A stretch of DNA of 64,000 bases from Octopus vulgaris (Eukaryota). Positions 38,972 through 51,538 of the stretch are shown piece by piece. Numbering within the stretch: position 1 is the stretch's first letter; each line of letters starts with the position of its first letter. Made by a program: the position numbers and the translations under genes. Location of the stretch: assembly GCA_951406725.2 (NCBI GenBank), contig OX597822.1, positions 99,014,001 through 99,078,000 on the forward strand, read 5' to 3'. The notes beneath the pieces are model-generated. The model was not told the DNA's origin and ran no database searches. It saw nothing but the letters and a program-made list of their open reading frames with translations.

Positions 38972-39210
38972 GTACCATAAATCCTCGAGTATAATCCGCA
39001 TTTTTTCCCCAAAATTTAAAGGTCAAAATCCCTAGTGTGTACTATATATGAGGTTAAAAGGGAACATTATTTTCTAAGCAATGTCCAAGTCTCTATTTGC
39101 TGTCCGTTATATAGACCTCCTTGACTCAAGTTAGAGAAGGGGTGTGTATTATACACAAGGTTTAGGTTTTTCAGAGGTACAGCCCCCTAAAATCCCCTGT
39201 GTATTATTCT
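38972..39210 (+). mobile_element. pogo/Tc2-like MITE fragment
   Basis: TA-CCATAAATCCTCGAGTATAATCCGCA terminus with internal gtgtattata(c) sub-repeats. Confidence 0.55.
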
Positions 39211-39327
39211 TATATATTTATATTGTGAAATTTGATTTAATACTAAATTGAATTTTTCTCTGTAAGTTTGGAGTTATACTCCTAATACAATTATTATTAT
39301 TATTACATATACATATATATATATATA

Positions 39328-39495
39328 AACAATTGCAGTATGGAAGGTGTTTATAAGCCATTTAAAAAACACACAAAAACCGTTAGATTCACTTCAACAT
39401 TTAAATTTAATTTGCCAAAATATTTTCGGCACTTTGAGACCGCGACCTGTTCACTGACAAAATTCTGTGCTGTATCTGAGAAAGTAACAGTTAGT
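39328..39495 (-). mobile_element. PLE-like remnant with G3-C8 variant HHR (39411-39461)
   Basis: uuuguca-GUGAACA-ggucgc..gugcc-GAA-AAUAUU-U-uggcaaa; flank related to an inverted copy at 40640-40692. Confidence 0.6.
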
Positions 39496-39500
39496 TCATG

Positions 39501-39535
<35 letters not shown>

Positions 39536-40746
39536 TGTATGTATGTATGTATGTATGTATGTATGTATGTATGTATGTTTGTGTGTGTGTACATGTATAT
39601 GCGTATGCACATGTGTACATGCGTATGCATGTGTGCATGCCTATATGCATGTATATATGTATATCTATGTACATGAGTATTTAGGTAAGTGTGTCCGCAT
39701 GTCTCTGTGTGTGTACATGTGTATGTACATGTGAACGTATGTTTATGTACTGATATGTGTCTGTTCAAGTTGTATACATGATTGTTACTTTGTTGAAGGT
39801 TGTATATACACACACATATACATACATGTGCACATACATATATATAGAGACACACATATATGTGTGTGTGTGTGTGCATTTTCCCTCTCACTACCGTCTA
39901 ACAGTGAATGGATACATCTTAGATACATATATACACATATAACTTTACTTATACATATATACAAGTACACACAATCATATAGACACTTACACACACTCAC
40001 AAATATACGTATAATTTTAAAGTATACACACATATACACTTATCCATCTATACATATATATGACACTATTTTCAAGGATAACAGGTATAATTCAAATTCG
40101 CTTTTTTTAATTATTTTTTAATCTTTTTTTACACACATACATATACAATACATACATATATCTACACACATACTCATACGTGCATGCATGTACATACTCA
40201 TACGCTAACATACCCACACAACACACAACACATACACACACACATACATCTGCCATCCAAGAATTTGGACCTGGATATCTCCATTTCCAGCGACTTCAAG
40301 GGTCACCTCCAAGTGGTGTCAGGCGTCAACAAAGAGCCCTCGACTACAACAAGACGACCAAAGTTTTTTTTCCCAAGGTCTGGGGTCTCCTGCCCCTAAG
40401 CCCCAGACCATCACCTAATCACTTTTACCCATCTTGTTGCTTAACAACAACACATACATCTACACATACATACATACGTATCAAACTATGTATGCTCATA
40501 CAGTTATATATAACTACATATCTGTATTTCAGTATCATGCATCTCAACATGTATGTATGTATTTCCACATGTAAATGAGAGAAAGGGGTGGCTATAGAGG
40601 GGTACTCCCAAGTGGAATCTGGGTGTTACCCCATTTGGATTTTTGTGTGTTTCTTAAATGGCTTATAAACACCTTCCACGCTGCAATTGTTTTTGTTCCA
40701 GCACACGATCTCAGATCAGGTCACTTACTATGCAAGTACATCTCCG

Positions 40747-40787
<41 letters not shown>

Positions 40788-40791
<4 letters not shown>

Positions 40792-40990
40792 AATGTAATA
40801 TGCGACAATTATTTGGTAGTCAAGATAAAATTCCGAGTTTTGGATGCCGAGGTGGAAATTCACACTACCATCTCTTCAGTTATCTTGGCTACCGAATAAT
40901 TGTCACATATTACATTTACAGATAATTTCCTCTATTTACATAATATCAAGGTCTCTTTCTTTCTTTTGTTATCTTACCGTTTTTACCAAT
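40788..40990. mobile_element. Second copy of the 12.7-kb PLE-like family, one HHR inside a 41-bp inverted repeat
   Basis: 40890-40990 is the reverse complement of 12670-12770; inverted repeat 40788-40828 / 40880-40920. Confidence 0.75.
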
Positions 40991-40997
40991 ATATATA

Positions 40998-41040
<43 letters not shown>

Positions 41041-41140
41041 GGAGTTAAATGCTGGTGTTATCCAGATTCTTTTTTTATTGATTTTTTCTGTGTCAGTTGT
41101 AAAGAAGGAAAATACACACATCCATTTATATGTATGTATG

Positions 41141-41196
<56 letters not shown>

Positions 41197-41252
41197 CATA
41201 TATACATGTATATATATATAGATATATATATATATGTGTGTGTATGTATGTA

Positions 41253-41301
<49 letters not shown>

Positions 41302-42509
41302 CATATATAAATACATATATACATAACTCGTTTCATTCATTTGATTGTGAGATGCTGGGGCACAATTTTGAAGATATCTTGGTGATACATAGTCGCCAGT
41401 ATTATTTTTAAGCTTGATTATTATCTTTGCAACCTGTGTTTATCACACCATTATGTTATTGAACATAAAACACAGATACTACTTTCTCAAGTGAACACAC
41501 ATATGAACACATATGCACATGCACAAATGCATGTGCATCTGTTTTTGCATAGCAGTATAACAATAGTTGAGCAATGTCTCTTTACATTACAATATGAAGC
41601 TTAGCTATAGGATAAAGTTTGATAATATAAGTACCTGATTAAAATAATGACTGGGGTTGATATGACAGACTAAAAGCCATTGTAAGTGGTGCTTCAGCTT
41701 GGCCACAGTCCAATGACTGAAATTAGTGAAAGAATTTTTTTTAAAAACAAGGAGTTATAATTAGCTATATAAAATCAATATTTTTCCGTATAGAGAATAT
41801 CTCTTTAGAACTTGAGTAATCGTTTTATTGTTCTGTTCAAAATACAGAGCTTAGTGTAAGATGTTTTGTGTCAAGAGGCTGTTAAATAACTATTACATAA
41901 CAATAAAGAAATTAATTGAATCGATAGTGGAAGGATAGTTTCCATAAATAGCTGTTGAAATTGGCCAACTTGTTTGTCACAGCAGAGAGGTTGGTTTTCA
42001 TGTTTTCAGTCACTTAGTATTCTAAGAAATAAAATGGTAGAATAAGTAGACTAAATTTAATATAGGGTAATTAAGATGTAATAATGAGCTAAGCGACTTT
42101 AGATCAATCAAATATGGAGGGGTTGTTGTGAATTTAGATCAATCAGATATGGAGGGGATGTTGTACAGAATGATGTGCTCAAGAACTGAAAATTAATATA
42201 GGTTACATGATCTCTGCACCAAGTACATACACACACACATACACACACTCACACATACACACATACACACACATGTAATATATGCATATTTAAAAAAATA
42301 TTTTTTGAATAAATTCTTGATACAGTCACAATATTTGAAGAAAGATTTTCTTAAATTAAAAAATTGCTAATTATGTAAAAAGAATCTTTAAAAAAATTGG
42401 AACAACACAAATCTTTGGCGAGTTTTCCCATTGTGTAAGCACTTTTGCTGTTTACAGCTTTTCAAACACACATGTTATTGGCTCATCTGTATAGAGGAGG
42501 TCATTTTTA

Positions 42510-43320
42510 GTAGAGTGTTGAATATTTCTGGTTTAGTTTCAGATTAGAACTCTTAAAGAATATTTTTTTTTGTCTATCATAGTTGATCATTTTCTTCCTT
42601 TATTTTGACTTTAAAAAATGGAATATTTTGAATTTTCCATTTGCACAAATATTTAGATGTCACTACATGGAATATTTCTATTGGATGAATTTTTGATTTG
42701 TTGCTTATGTATTCTAACCCAACAAATTATTGTACTGTTTGGCTGATATAATTCTCATTGCCTACACTACAATGAAATGTTTTTGTCTTGTAATTCATAT
42801 TTGCATTATCTTTCAATTCCTTTCTACTCTCAACTTTTTCTGTTTTGCCTTGTTCATCTATTTCACACTTTCTACAACAAAGCTCCCTGCATTTTGTTAC
42901 CTACATTATTTCTTCTTGTTATATGAATTTTCACCTTTGTTAAGAATATTTTATAATTCGATGGTTGTCTTTGGCTGTTGATAATTTATGATTCTTTAAT
43001 CATTTTCCTAGAACTTGATGATTGGTGTAAGATTAAAAGGCATCATTGGACCAAATGTAAGATGTCATAGTTTCTAGGATTATAGGTGACTTTATGCTTT
43101 TATTTTTGTTTTCACCTTCATTGTGAGCATTTCTTTGGTACTTTTTTTGCTTTGGTTATGGTGTGATATACTTAGTTTTCCAGATATTTTTTTGTATTTG
43201 AAGAAGTATTTTTAATTCTACTTGTCATCTCTTATCTGTTTGTGTCTGTAACTATTGAACACATACGTCTTGGCATATTAAATGGGATATTTCTTTTAAT
43301 ATAGGATGGGTGGCAAAATC
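42510..43320 (-). mobile_element. Decayed Penelope-like element (post-RT linker plus GIY-YIG endonuclease)
   Basis: Minus frames: FCHPSYIKRNIPFNMPRRMCSIV, TYNPRN, ANMNYKT, ENYISQT, RIHKQQIKN..RNIPCS, ICANGKFKIF. Confidence 0.75.
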
Positions 43321-43367
43321 TAGTCAGTTTGCTCACTGACCATCATTGTCATCACCATCGTTGTCAT

Positions 43368-43955
43368 TGTCCTCTGCCTCCTCCTCCCTCCTCCTCCCTC
43401 CTCTGCCTCCTCAGCCTCCTCCTCCCCTATCTCCTCTGTCTCCTCAGCCTCCTCCTCCCCTATCTCCTCTGTCTCCTCTGCCTCCTCCTCCACTGTCTCC
43501 TCTGCCTCCTCCTCCACTGTCTCCTCTGCCTCCTCATCCCCTGTTTCCTCTGCCTCCTCCTCCCCGTCTCCTCCTCGACCTCCTCCTCCCCGACCTCCTC
43601 CTCCACTGTCTCCCCTGCTTCCCCCTCCCCTGTCTCCTCTGCCTCCTCCTCCACTGTCTCCTCTGCCTCCTCCTCCCATGTCTCCTCGACCTCCTCCTCC
43701 CCTGTCTCCTGTGCCTCTTCCTCCCCGTCTCTTCTGCCTCCTCCTCCCCTGTCTCCTCTGCCTCCTCTGCCTCCTCCTCCCCGTCTCTTCTGCCTCCTCC
43801 TCCCCTGTCTCCTCTGCCTCCTTGTCCTCTTCCTCTTCCTCTTCCTCCTTGTCTTCTGCTTCCTTGTCCTCTGCCTCTTCGTCTTCTGCCTCCTCGTCCT
43901 CTGCCTCCTCGTCCTCTGCCTCCTCCCTTGCCTCCCCTCCTCCTCCCCTGCTGCT
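43368..43955. repeat. Polypyrimidine/polypurine minisatellite (~21-30-bp units, ctcctcctcccctgtctcctctgc)
   Basis: Direct inspection. Confidence 0.92.
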
Positions 43956-44459
43956 GCCACTATCGCCACCACTCTGCTGCTGCCATTAAAAGATAAAATA
44001 TGATTATAATCTTTCAAACTACCAACCTCATGTTTAGAGAAGAAGCAAAAGCTTTTTTTTTTCTTTCGTATTTTACTTACATTTACACATTTCTTTTGGT
44101 TTGATTTTCAATTATCATCAGTAGTCTTATTCTCCACTAGATTTGAACTACGAACATGTAGAAATAAATACTAATTTTTAACAAGGATACAAGTCATCAG
44201 ATTTTGAAGAGGAGCACAGGCAATTACATAGGGTTAAGATTTAAACTAGTTCTTTATTTTGTCAACTTTATAAGGATGAAAACAAAAAAAAAGAAAAGAA
44301 AAGCTGACTGTGGCAGGATTTGAACTCACTAATGTAAAATACTGTAAGAAAACACTACAAGGCATTTGGAGCAATACTCTTCCTATTCTGCCAATTTACT
44401 ACCCTTTGTGTTAATATGCATATGAAGCATAACTAATGATGAGATTTAGGTATGCTTAA

Positions 44460-44680
44460 CCCTTTAGCATTTAAATCGGCCATATCCGGCCAAAAGTATT
44501 CTGCCTGTTTTATGTTCAAACTAGCCAGATCTGGTCTCTCACACCAACCCTACAATAGCGTTTTAAAAATGAACAGCTACCTCATTAAAATCTCATACCT
44601 ACAAGATAATGCATGATTAGTTCAAAACAATGTGGATAAAAAAGCATTAATTTTGGCAGAATAATGCGAACACCAAAGGG
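44460..44680. mobile_element. piggyBac-type MITE with TTAA TSD
   Basis: TTAA-CCCTTTagcatt...aacaccAAAGGG-TTAA. Confidence 0.8.
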
Positions 44681-44994
44681 TTAAAGGCCAATCTTAGTTG
44701 ATCATGCGATTTCTGACAGCATGATCAATCAAAGTGTTTCTCTAATCAGTGGTCAAGATAGAAGTCAGGTGCTTTGTGGAAATGCTTCAAACAGACTGTA
44801 CTATATGGGGTCAAGGACCAGGTGATGTTAAACCAGGAAGCCTGTTACACCTATCTATCACCTAAGGTAGGCCTACAGTTGCTGTGAAGGGAAAAATATG
44901 CTGAGTGTGAAAGCCGCAGAATTGATATTTTGTAGGCATTGGTTACTTTTTTTTGAGATAGAAATAAAGTGCCACATTGTATTATCATACTCTC

Positions 44995-45425
44995 TTTTTC
45001 TCTTTTACTCTTTTACTTGTTTCAGTCATTTGACTGCGGCCATGCTGGAGCACCGCCTTTAGTCGAGCAAATCGACCCCAGGACTTATTCTTTGTAAGCC
45101 CAGTACTTATTCTATCGGTCTCTTTTGCCGAACCACTAAGTGACGGGGGACGTAAACACACCAGCATCGGTTGTCAAGCAATGCTAGGGGGGCAAACACA
45201 GACACACAAACACACACACATACATATACATATATACAACAGGCTTCTTTCAGTTTCCGTCTACCAAATCCACTCACAAGGCATTGGTCGGCCCGGGGCT
45301 ATAGCAGAAGACACTTGCCCAAGATGCCACGCAGTGGGACTGAACCCGGAACCATGTGGTTGGTTAGCAAGCTACTTACCACACAGCCATTCCTGCACCC
45401 ATACCACACAGCCATTCCTGCACCC
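44995..45425 (-). mobile_element. SINE family A, full length, with 27-bp duplication at its 5' end
   Basis: taccacacagccattcctgcaccca repeated twice. Confidence 0.9.
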
Positions 45426-45747
45426 ATGTATCTTTTTTTTTATCATGTAATGCTTTATCTCGAGATATTATCTCATCTTCAGATTATAGAAAGATAATTT
45501 TTCATTCTACTACTACCGGAAGGAAAGGAAACAGAAAGTGACATGTCAAATGAATAATAGTGCACTACTGTAATAGAGAACAAAAACCAATATTTTCAGT
45601 GAGATGCTAAAATATACACCAGTACACACGCATGCACATGCACATGTATATATGTGTGTGTGTATACATACATATACATATGATTTTGTGGAGGCATAGT
45701 GATACTAGTAACCTGCTGTTAGACCTCAATGTACATATGCTTCAGAT

Positions 45748-45982
45748 TAAAGGCGGCAGACTGGCAGAAACGTTTGCACCCCCGCCGAAATGCACAATGG
45801 TATTTCACCTGCCGCTATGTTCTGAGTTCAAATTCCGCTGAGGTTGGCTTTGCCTTTCATCCTTTCGAGGTCGATTAAATAAATACCAGTCACGCACTGG
45901 GGTCGATATAATCAACTTAATCCATGTGTCTGTCCTTGTTTGTCCTCTCTGTGTTTAGCCCCTTGCGGGTAGTAAAGAAATA
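45748..45982 (+). mobile_element. SINE family B monomer
   Basis: aaggcggcagactggcagaaacg...gcctttcatcctttcgaggtcgattaaataaataccag. Confidence 0.8.
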
Positions 45983-46015
45983 AATTAAAGCATTACATGA
46001 ATACAGCATGTAATG

Positions 46016-46066
<51 letters not shown>

Positions 46067-46142
46067 GTCTGTCTGTCTGTGTCTGTCTGCCTGTCTGTCT
46101 GTCTGTTTATCTATCTATCTATCTATCTACCTACCTACCTAC

Positions 46143-46192
<50 letters not shown>

Positions 46193-46284
46193 GTCTGTCT
46201 GTCTGTGTCTGTCTGCCTGCCTGTCTGTCTGTCTGTTTATCTATCTATTTATCTATCTACCTACCTACCTACCTACCTACCTAC

Positions 46285-46338
<54 letters not shown>

Positions 46339-46418
46339 GTCTGTCTGTCTGTGTCTGTCTGCCTGTCTGTCTGTCTGTTTATCTATCTATTTATCTATCT
46401 ACCTACCTACCTACCTAC

Positions 46419-46483
<65 letters not shown>

Positions 46484-46501
46484 CATCTATCTATCTATCT
46501 A
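46016..46501. repeat. Compound (TCTA)n(TCTG)n(CCTA)n array with higher-order periodicity
   Basis: ctgtctgtctgtctgtgtctgtctgcctg block recurs at ~46066, ~46191, ~46337. Confidence 0.9.
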
Positions 46502-47207
46502 TGATGAAAGCTGTTTATTATAACCACAGATAATGTTATGAAATGTTTATTATTATCAAAATTAGTGAGGCGTAAACTTTTTATCTCAAGACTCAATCAA
46601 TCTTTCAGATTATGGAAAGATTGTTTTCATTCATAAAGTCTGCTATCAGAAACAAAGGAAGCAGCAAGTGACATGTTGAATGAATAACAGCCTACAATAT
46701 TTATAACAGTAAAACGAATATTTATAACAGTAAAGCATCAGAAAAAAGAAAACCCACACCATTTTGAGTCAGGAATAAACTGCTAACAGTAATTTGTCTC
46801 TTGGTTAGAAATAGCATTTAGTATCTTTTGTTTTTTCACTTACTTTTATCATTGGACTGTGGCCATGCTAGAGCACCAGCTTGGAAGGTTTAGCTGAACA
46901 AATTGACCCTGGAACTTATTTCAAAGTTTAATGTTTCTTCTATTAGTTCCTTTTACCAAACTGCTAAGTTATGGGAGCACAAAAAGGCCAACACTGGTTG
47001 TCAAGCAGTGGGTGGGTGGGGATGGGTGGCAAACACAAAGACTCACATACAAAGACAACACACACACAGACACATACACATACACACGTGTGTTTGTATA
47101 TATATATAATAATTATTTGAGGGAATATTAAATAGGTAATTTTCTAGATGGTGTAATTTAATTGTTCATTTTGAATTGATAAAAGGTGTTTTTTTTCTAA
47201 TTTATAT

Positions 47208-47248
<41 letters not shown>

Positions 47249-47422
47249 TATCATCGTTTAACGTCCACTTTCCATGCTAGTATGGGTTGGACGGTTCAAC
47301 TGGGCTCTGGGAAGCCAGAAGGCTGCACCAGGCCCAGTCTGATATGGCAGTGTTTCTACAGCTGGATGCCCTTCCTAACGCCAACCACTCCATATATATA
47401 TATATATATATACACACATACA

Positions 47423-48157
47423 TATATACTGTATTTTGAAATAATAGCATGAAATTCAATATCAAAAAATTCCTCATGAAGATATATATGTCTAAAATAG
47501 TATCGTATTAAAAATATATGTAAATATATGAAACATGACAGTTTAAAAATTTGTTAATTAATGCATCTTACGATTGTTTCATGAAATTATTGCCATTATC
47601 ATAGAATCCATTGTTGATACACATTGATAGACAATACTTCCACTCGTCAGAGATGGAGGAGATAAAGTTTTTATAATATATCGAATGTTGTTTTAAAATT
47701 ATAAAAATATATGAGAAAGTATTTTTGAAAGTAGATTAAAATTTACTGGTTTAGATTTAAGCAGATCGACTTTGGTAATAAAATAAAAAAAGTTTAAATT
47801 TTATTACCAAAGTCAACCCACTTGAATCTAAACCAGTAAATTTTAATCTGTTTCCAAAAATACTTTCTTACATTTTTATAATTTTAAAACAGCATCCGAT
47901 ATATTATTAAAACTTTATCTTCTCCATCTCTGAAGGGAGGAAGTATTGTCTATCAATGTGTATCAACAATGGATTCTATGATAATGGCAATACTTTCATG
48001 AAATGATCGTAATATGCATTGATTAACAAATTTTTAAACTGTCATGTTTCATATATTTATATATATTTTTAATACAATGCTATTTTAGACATATATATCT
48101 CTGTGGGGAATTTTTTGATATTGAATTTCATGCTATTATTTCAAAACACAGTATATA
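47423..48157. repeat. Long fold-back palindrome, ~360-bp arms, 13-nt spacer
   Basis: 47423-47784 vs reverse complement of 47798-48157, roughly 90% identical by eye; unpaired tail to ~48280. Confidence 0.95.
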
Positions 48158-48532
48158 TAATCGCTTGTATTAATGTCTAAATAATTTAATAATTTATAGT
48201 TTTAATATTTTTGACGTTATACAAAGAACACTCATTATAAATTCAGTGTATAATATTCTAATAGAATATATTTAATTAATGATATATATATATATATACA
48301 CACTCCGACTGCCTTCTGTGCCGGTGGCACGTAAAAAGCACCCACTACACCCGTGGAGTGGTTGGCGTTAGGAAGGGCATCCAGCTGTAGAAACTCTGCC
48401 AGATCAGACTGGAGTCTGGTGCAGCCCCTGGCTTCCCAGACCCCGGTCGAACCGTCCAACTCGTGCTAGCGCGGAAAACGGATGTTAAACGATGATGATG
48501 ATGATGATGATATTCATATATATATGTATATG

Positions 48533-48598
<66 letters not shown>

Positions 48599-48823
48599 CG
48601 TGTATGTGTGTGTATATATATATTCTTTTACTTGTTTCAGTCATTTGACTGTGGCCATGCTGGGGCACCACCTTAAAGGGTTTTTTTAACCAAAGAGATC
48701 AACCGCAGGACTTATTCTTTGTAAGCTTAGTACTTATTCTATCGGTCTCAAATATGAACTGCTAAGTTATGGGGACTGACATCAGTTGTCAAGGTGATGA
48801 TGGAGGGGACAAACACAGACACA

Positions 48824-48911
<88 letters not shown>

Positions 48912-49308
48912 GATACACACACATACACAAGAAATGTAGATAATTGAGATAGATGGAAATGGTTCACCCATTTCATATCACATGGTTGTAAGAATTTGAA
49001 ATCTTCACTGGATTTATCCATGGATTCCTCTTAAAATCACCTTAAACCACCCTGTCATCCATTTGATTAATTTGACTACTGCAATATTGACCATGCATGC
49101 ATAATAATTTTCTCATCAATTCCTAACACAGACATACAATTTCATATGATGCTATGTGAGTAGATTTATGTTTTATATTTTATATTGTATCGGCGTATTT
49201 ATGTGCACATATATTTTTATGAAGTATTCCAACATTGGGAAATATTCTGAACTCTGTTCTCTTTATTAATCTTTATATATATATATATATATATATACAT
49301 ACACATAC

Positions 49309-49432
<124 letters not shown>

Positions 49433-49452
49433 TGATAATAATAATAATAATA

Positions 49453-51100
49453 AAGCTACCTTTATCAAAGGAAAAATGACAGAAACATCTAACGTTAACC
49501 TTGACCAGCAGAATGTCATAAAAGAACTAGACCCAGCAGAGAGCTGCAAGTACCTAGGGGTAATTGAAGGGAATGGAATAAGGCATTCAGAGATGAAGGA
49601 AAGGATCAGGAGAGAATGCTATCGAAGAGTGAGAGCAATACTCAAGACAGAGCTGAATGCAAGAAACAGGATCGAAGCGATCAATGCATTAGCCATACCA
49701 GTCGTGACTTAGTTTCAATATTGTTAACTGGTCAATTACTGAAATATGTCAGCTCGACAGAAAAATAAGGACTGTTGACAATGCATAGAATGCACCACCC
49801 TAAGGCAGATACAGAACGACTCTATCTGCCAAGAAAAGAGGGAGGCCGTGGTCTTTTGCAACTGGCAATAACAATGAAGATTGCTACAATTGGCCTAGAC
49901 AACTACCTGAAAAACTCTGAGGACTGGATGTTAAAACTTGTCTCAAAACATGAAAACAAGAAAACATCATACTCAGTCACAAAACAGGCAAAGGAATATC
50001 TAAGTGAATTCCGAATACAACCAATTTCGGAATTAGAGATAGACATACAAGAAACAAGCACAGAAAAAGCTAGGTGCATGAAAACCCGTGCCAAAACTGC
50101 GGCCTTAGATATTCTGAATAATAAATGGCAAGAAAAACCTCTCTATGGCAAATACCCAAAGAGAGCGAATAATGCAGATATTGACAAAGCCCTGACCCAT
50201 CAATGGCTAATGGCCTCTGGCTTAAAATCTGAAACAGAGGGGTTTATCATAGCAGCTCAAGATCAATGCCTACCAACAAGAAACTACCAGGCCAACATAT
50301 TAAAGAACGGCAGTAGCCCAACATGTCATGTATGCCGACAACAAAATGAAACCATTGACCATGTTGTCTCCAAATGCAGTCTTCTAGCGCCTACAGAGTA
50401 CCTCAACAGGCATGATAGAGCTGCACAATATATTCACTGAGTAATTTGCAAAAACCTGGATTTGCCCCATGAAAAAAACTGGTGGGAACACAATCCACCT
50501 CCAGTGCTTGAAAATGACCACATCTCACTCCTCTGGAACTTCACCATTCAAACTGACAGGAAGATAGATGCAAATAGGCCAGACATCATATTGAAAGACT
50601 TCAGACAAAGAACATGCCTCCTCATTGATATGACTGTCCCAATCGATATAAACGTATCTGTCAAGACCTACCAAAAACTGAGCAAATATAAAGATCTTGA
50701 AATAGAAATCAGCAAAATGTGGAAGCTGAAGACTAAAACAATACCTGTTGTCATAGGTGCCCTGGGAATGATAGCGAAAGGGACTGATTGCTACCTAACT
50801 CAGATACCAGGAAACCCCAAAATGGCAGAAATTCAAAAGATAGTGCTCATGGGAACTGCTCATATCCTACGCAAAATACTCTCTATGTAATCTCAAGGTT
50901 TAAAACAAACTTTTTTTTATTTAATTATTTTTTTCTTTTTTTTATGTATTAGACATTCACTAGTACAACTCCAAAAAAAAGAAAAAAAAAACAAAAAAAC
51001 CCCAAATATATGGCACAGAACTTCCAACCTGTTGTCTCTTGAGGTCTCTGGGTGAGACTTGGAGCCAACTTGTACAGACATAAAGCAAAAGTCAAACATA

Positions 51101-51101
<1 letters not shown>
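49453..51101 (+). mobile_element. R4/Dong-clade LINE 3' portion (RT thumb, CCHC, RLE, 3' UTR), relatively young
   Basis: CKYLGV, RLYLPRKEGGRGL, AAQDQCLPTRNY, CHVCRQQNETIDHVVSKC, RHD, NRPDIIL..IDMTVP..KLSKYKDL; frameshift ~49710, stop 50438; (TAA)n on both sides. Confidence 0.95.
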
Positions 51102-51170
<69 letters not shown>

Positions 51171-51173
<3 letters not shown>

Positions 51174-51538
51174 GCTAATAGAAATTGAAAAAATGTGGCA
51201 TCTCAAGGCGACTACAATACCAGTGATTGTAGGATCTCTAGGAATGATAAAAAAAAGGTACTGAAACCTATTTGAAAATGATTCCAGGCTTACCATCCCT
51301 ACAGGAAGTGCAAAAAATCGTATTAACTGGAATGGCTCATGTACTGAGAAGAGCATTATCGCTATGAAAACAACATCCATCCATGAATTTATTTATTTAT
51401 TAATTTTTAAATACATATTTCATCTGTGAATTTGCGTGTGTAATCTGGGAATGCATACAATGAGCTTCTCTGCCCTAGGTGTATGGAAAACACTCGGCGA
51501 GAAACAGAAGAAAATTTGAAGAAAGAAGGAAAAAGCAT
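51171..51538 (+). mobile_element. 3' end of a different R4/Dong subfamily
   Basis: EIEKMWHLKATTIPVIVGSLGMIKK...VQKIVLTGMAHVLRRALSL*; (TAA)n on both sides. Confidence 0.85.

Noticed and set aside
43320-44017. Acidic EEEAEET, Arg-rich or Pro-rich ORFs
   Set aside because: Minisatellite open in many frames; no splice or start context; adjoins TE remnant
49476-50890. Active LINE ORF
   Set aside because: 5'-truncated, frameshift near 49710 and in-frame stop at 50438
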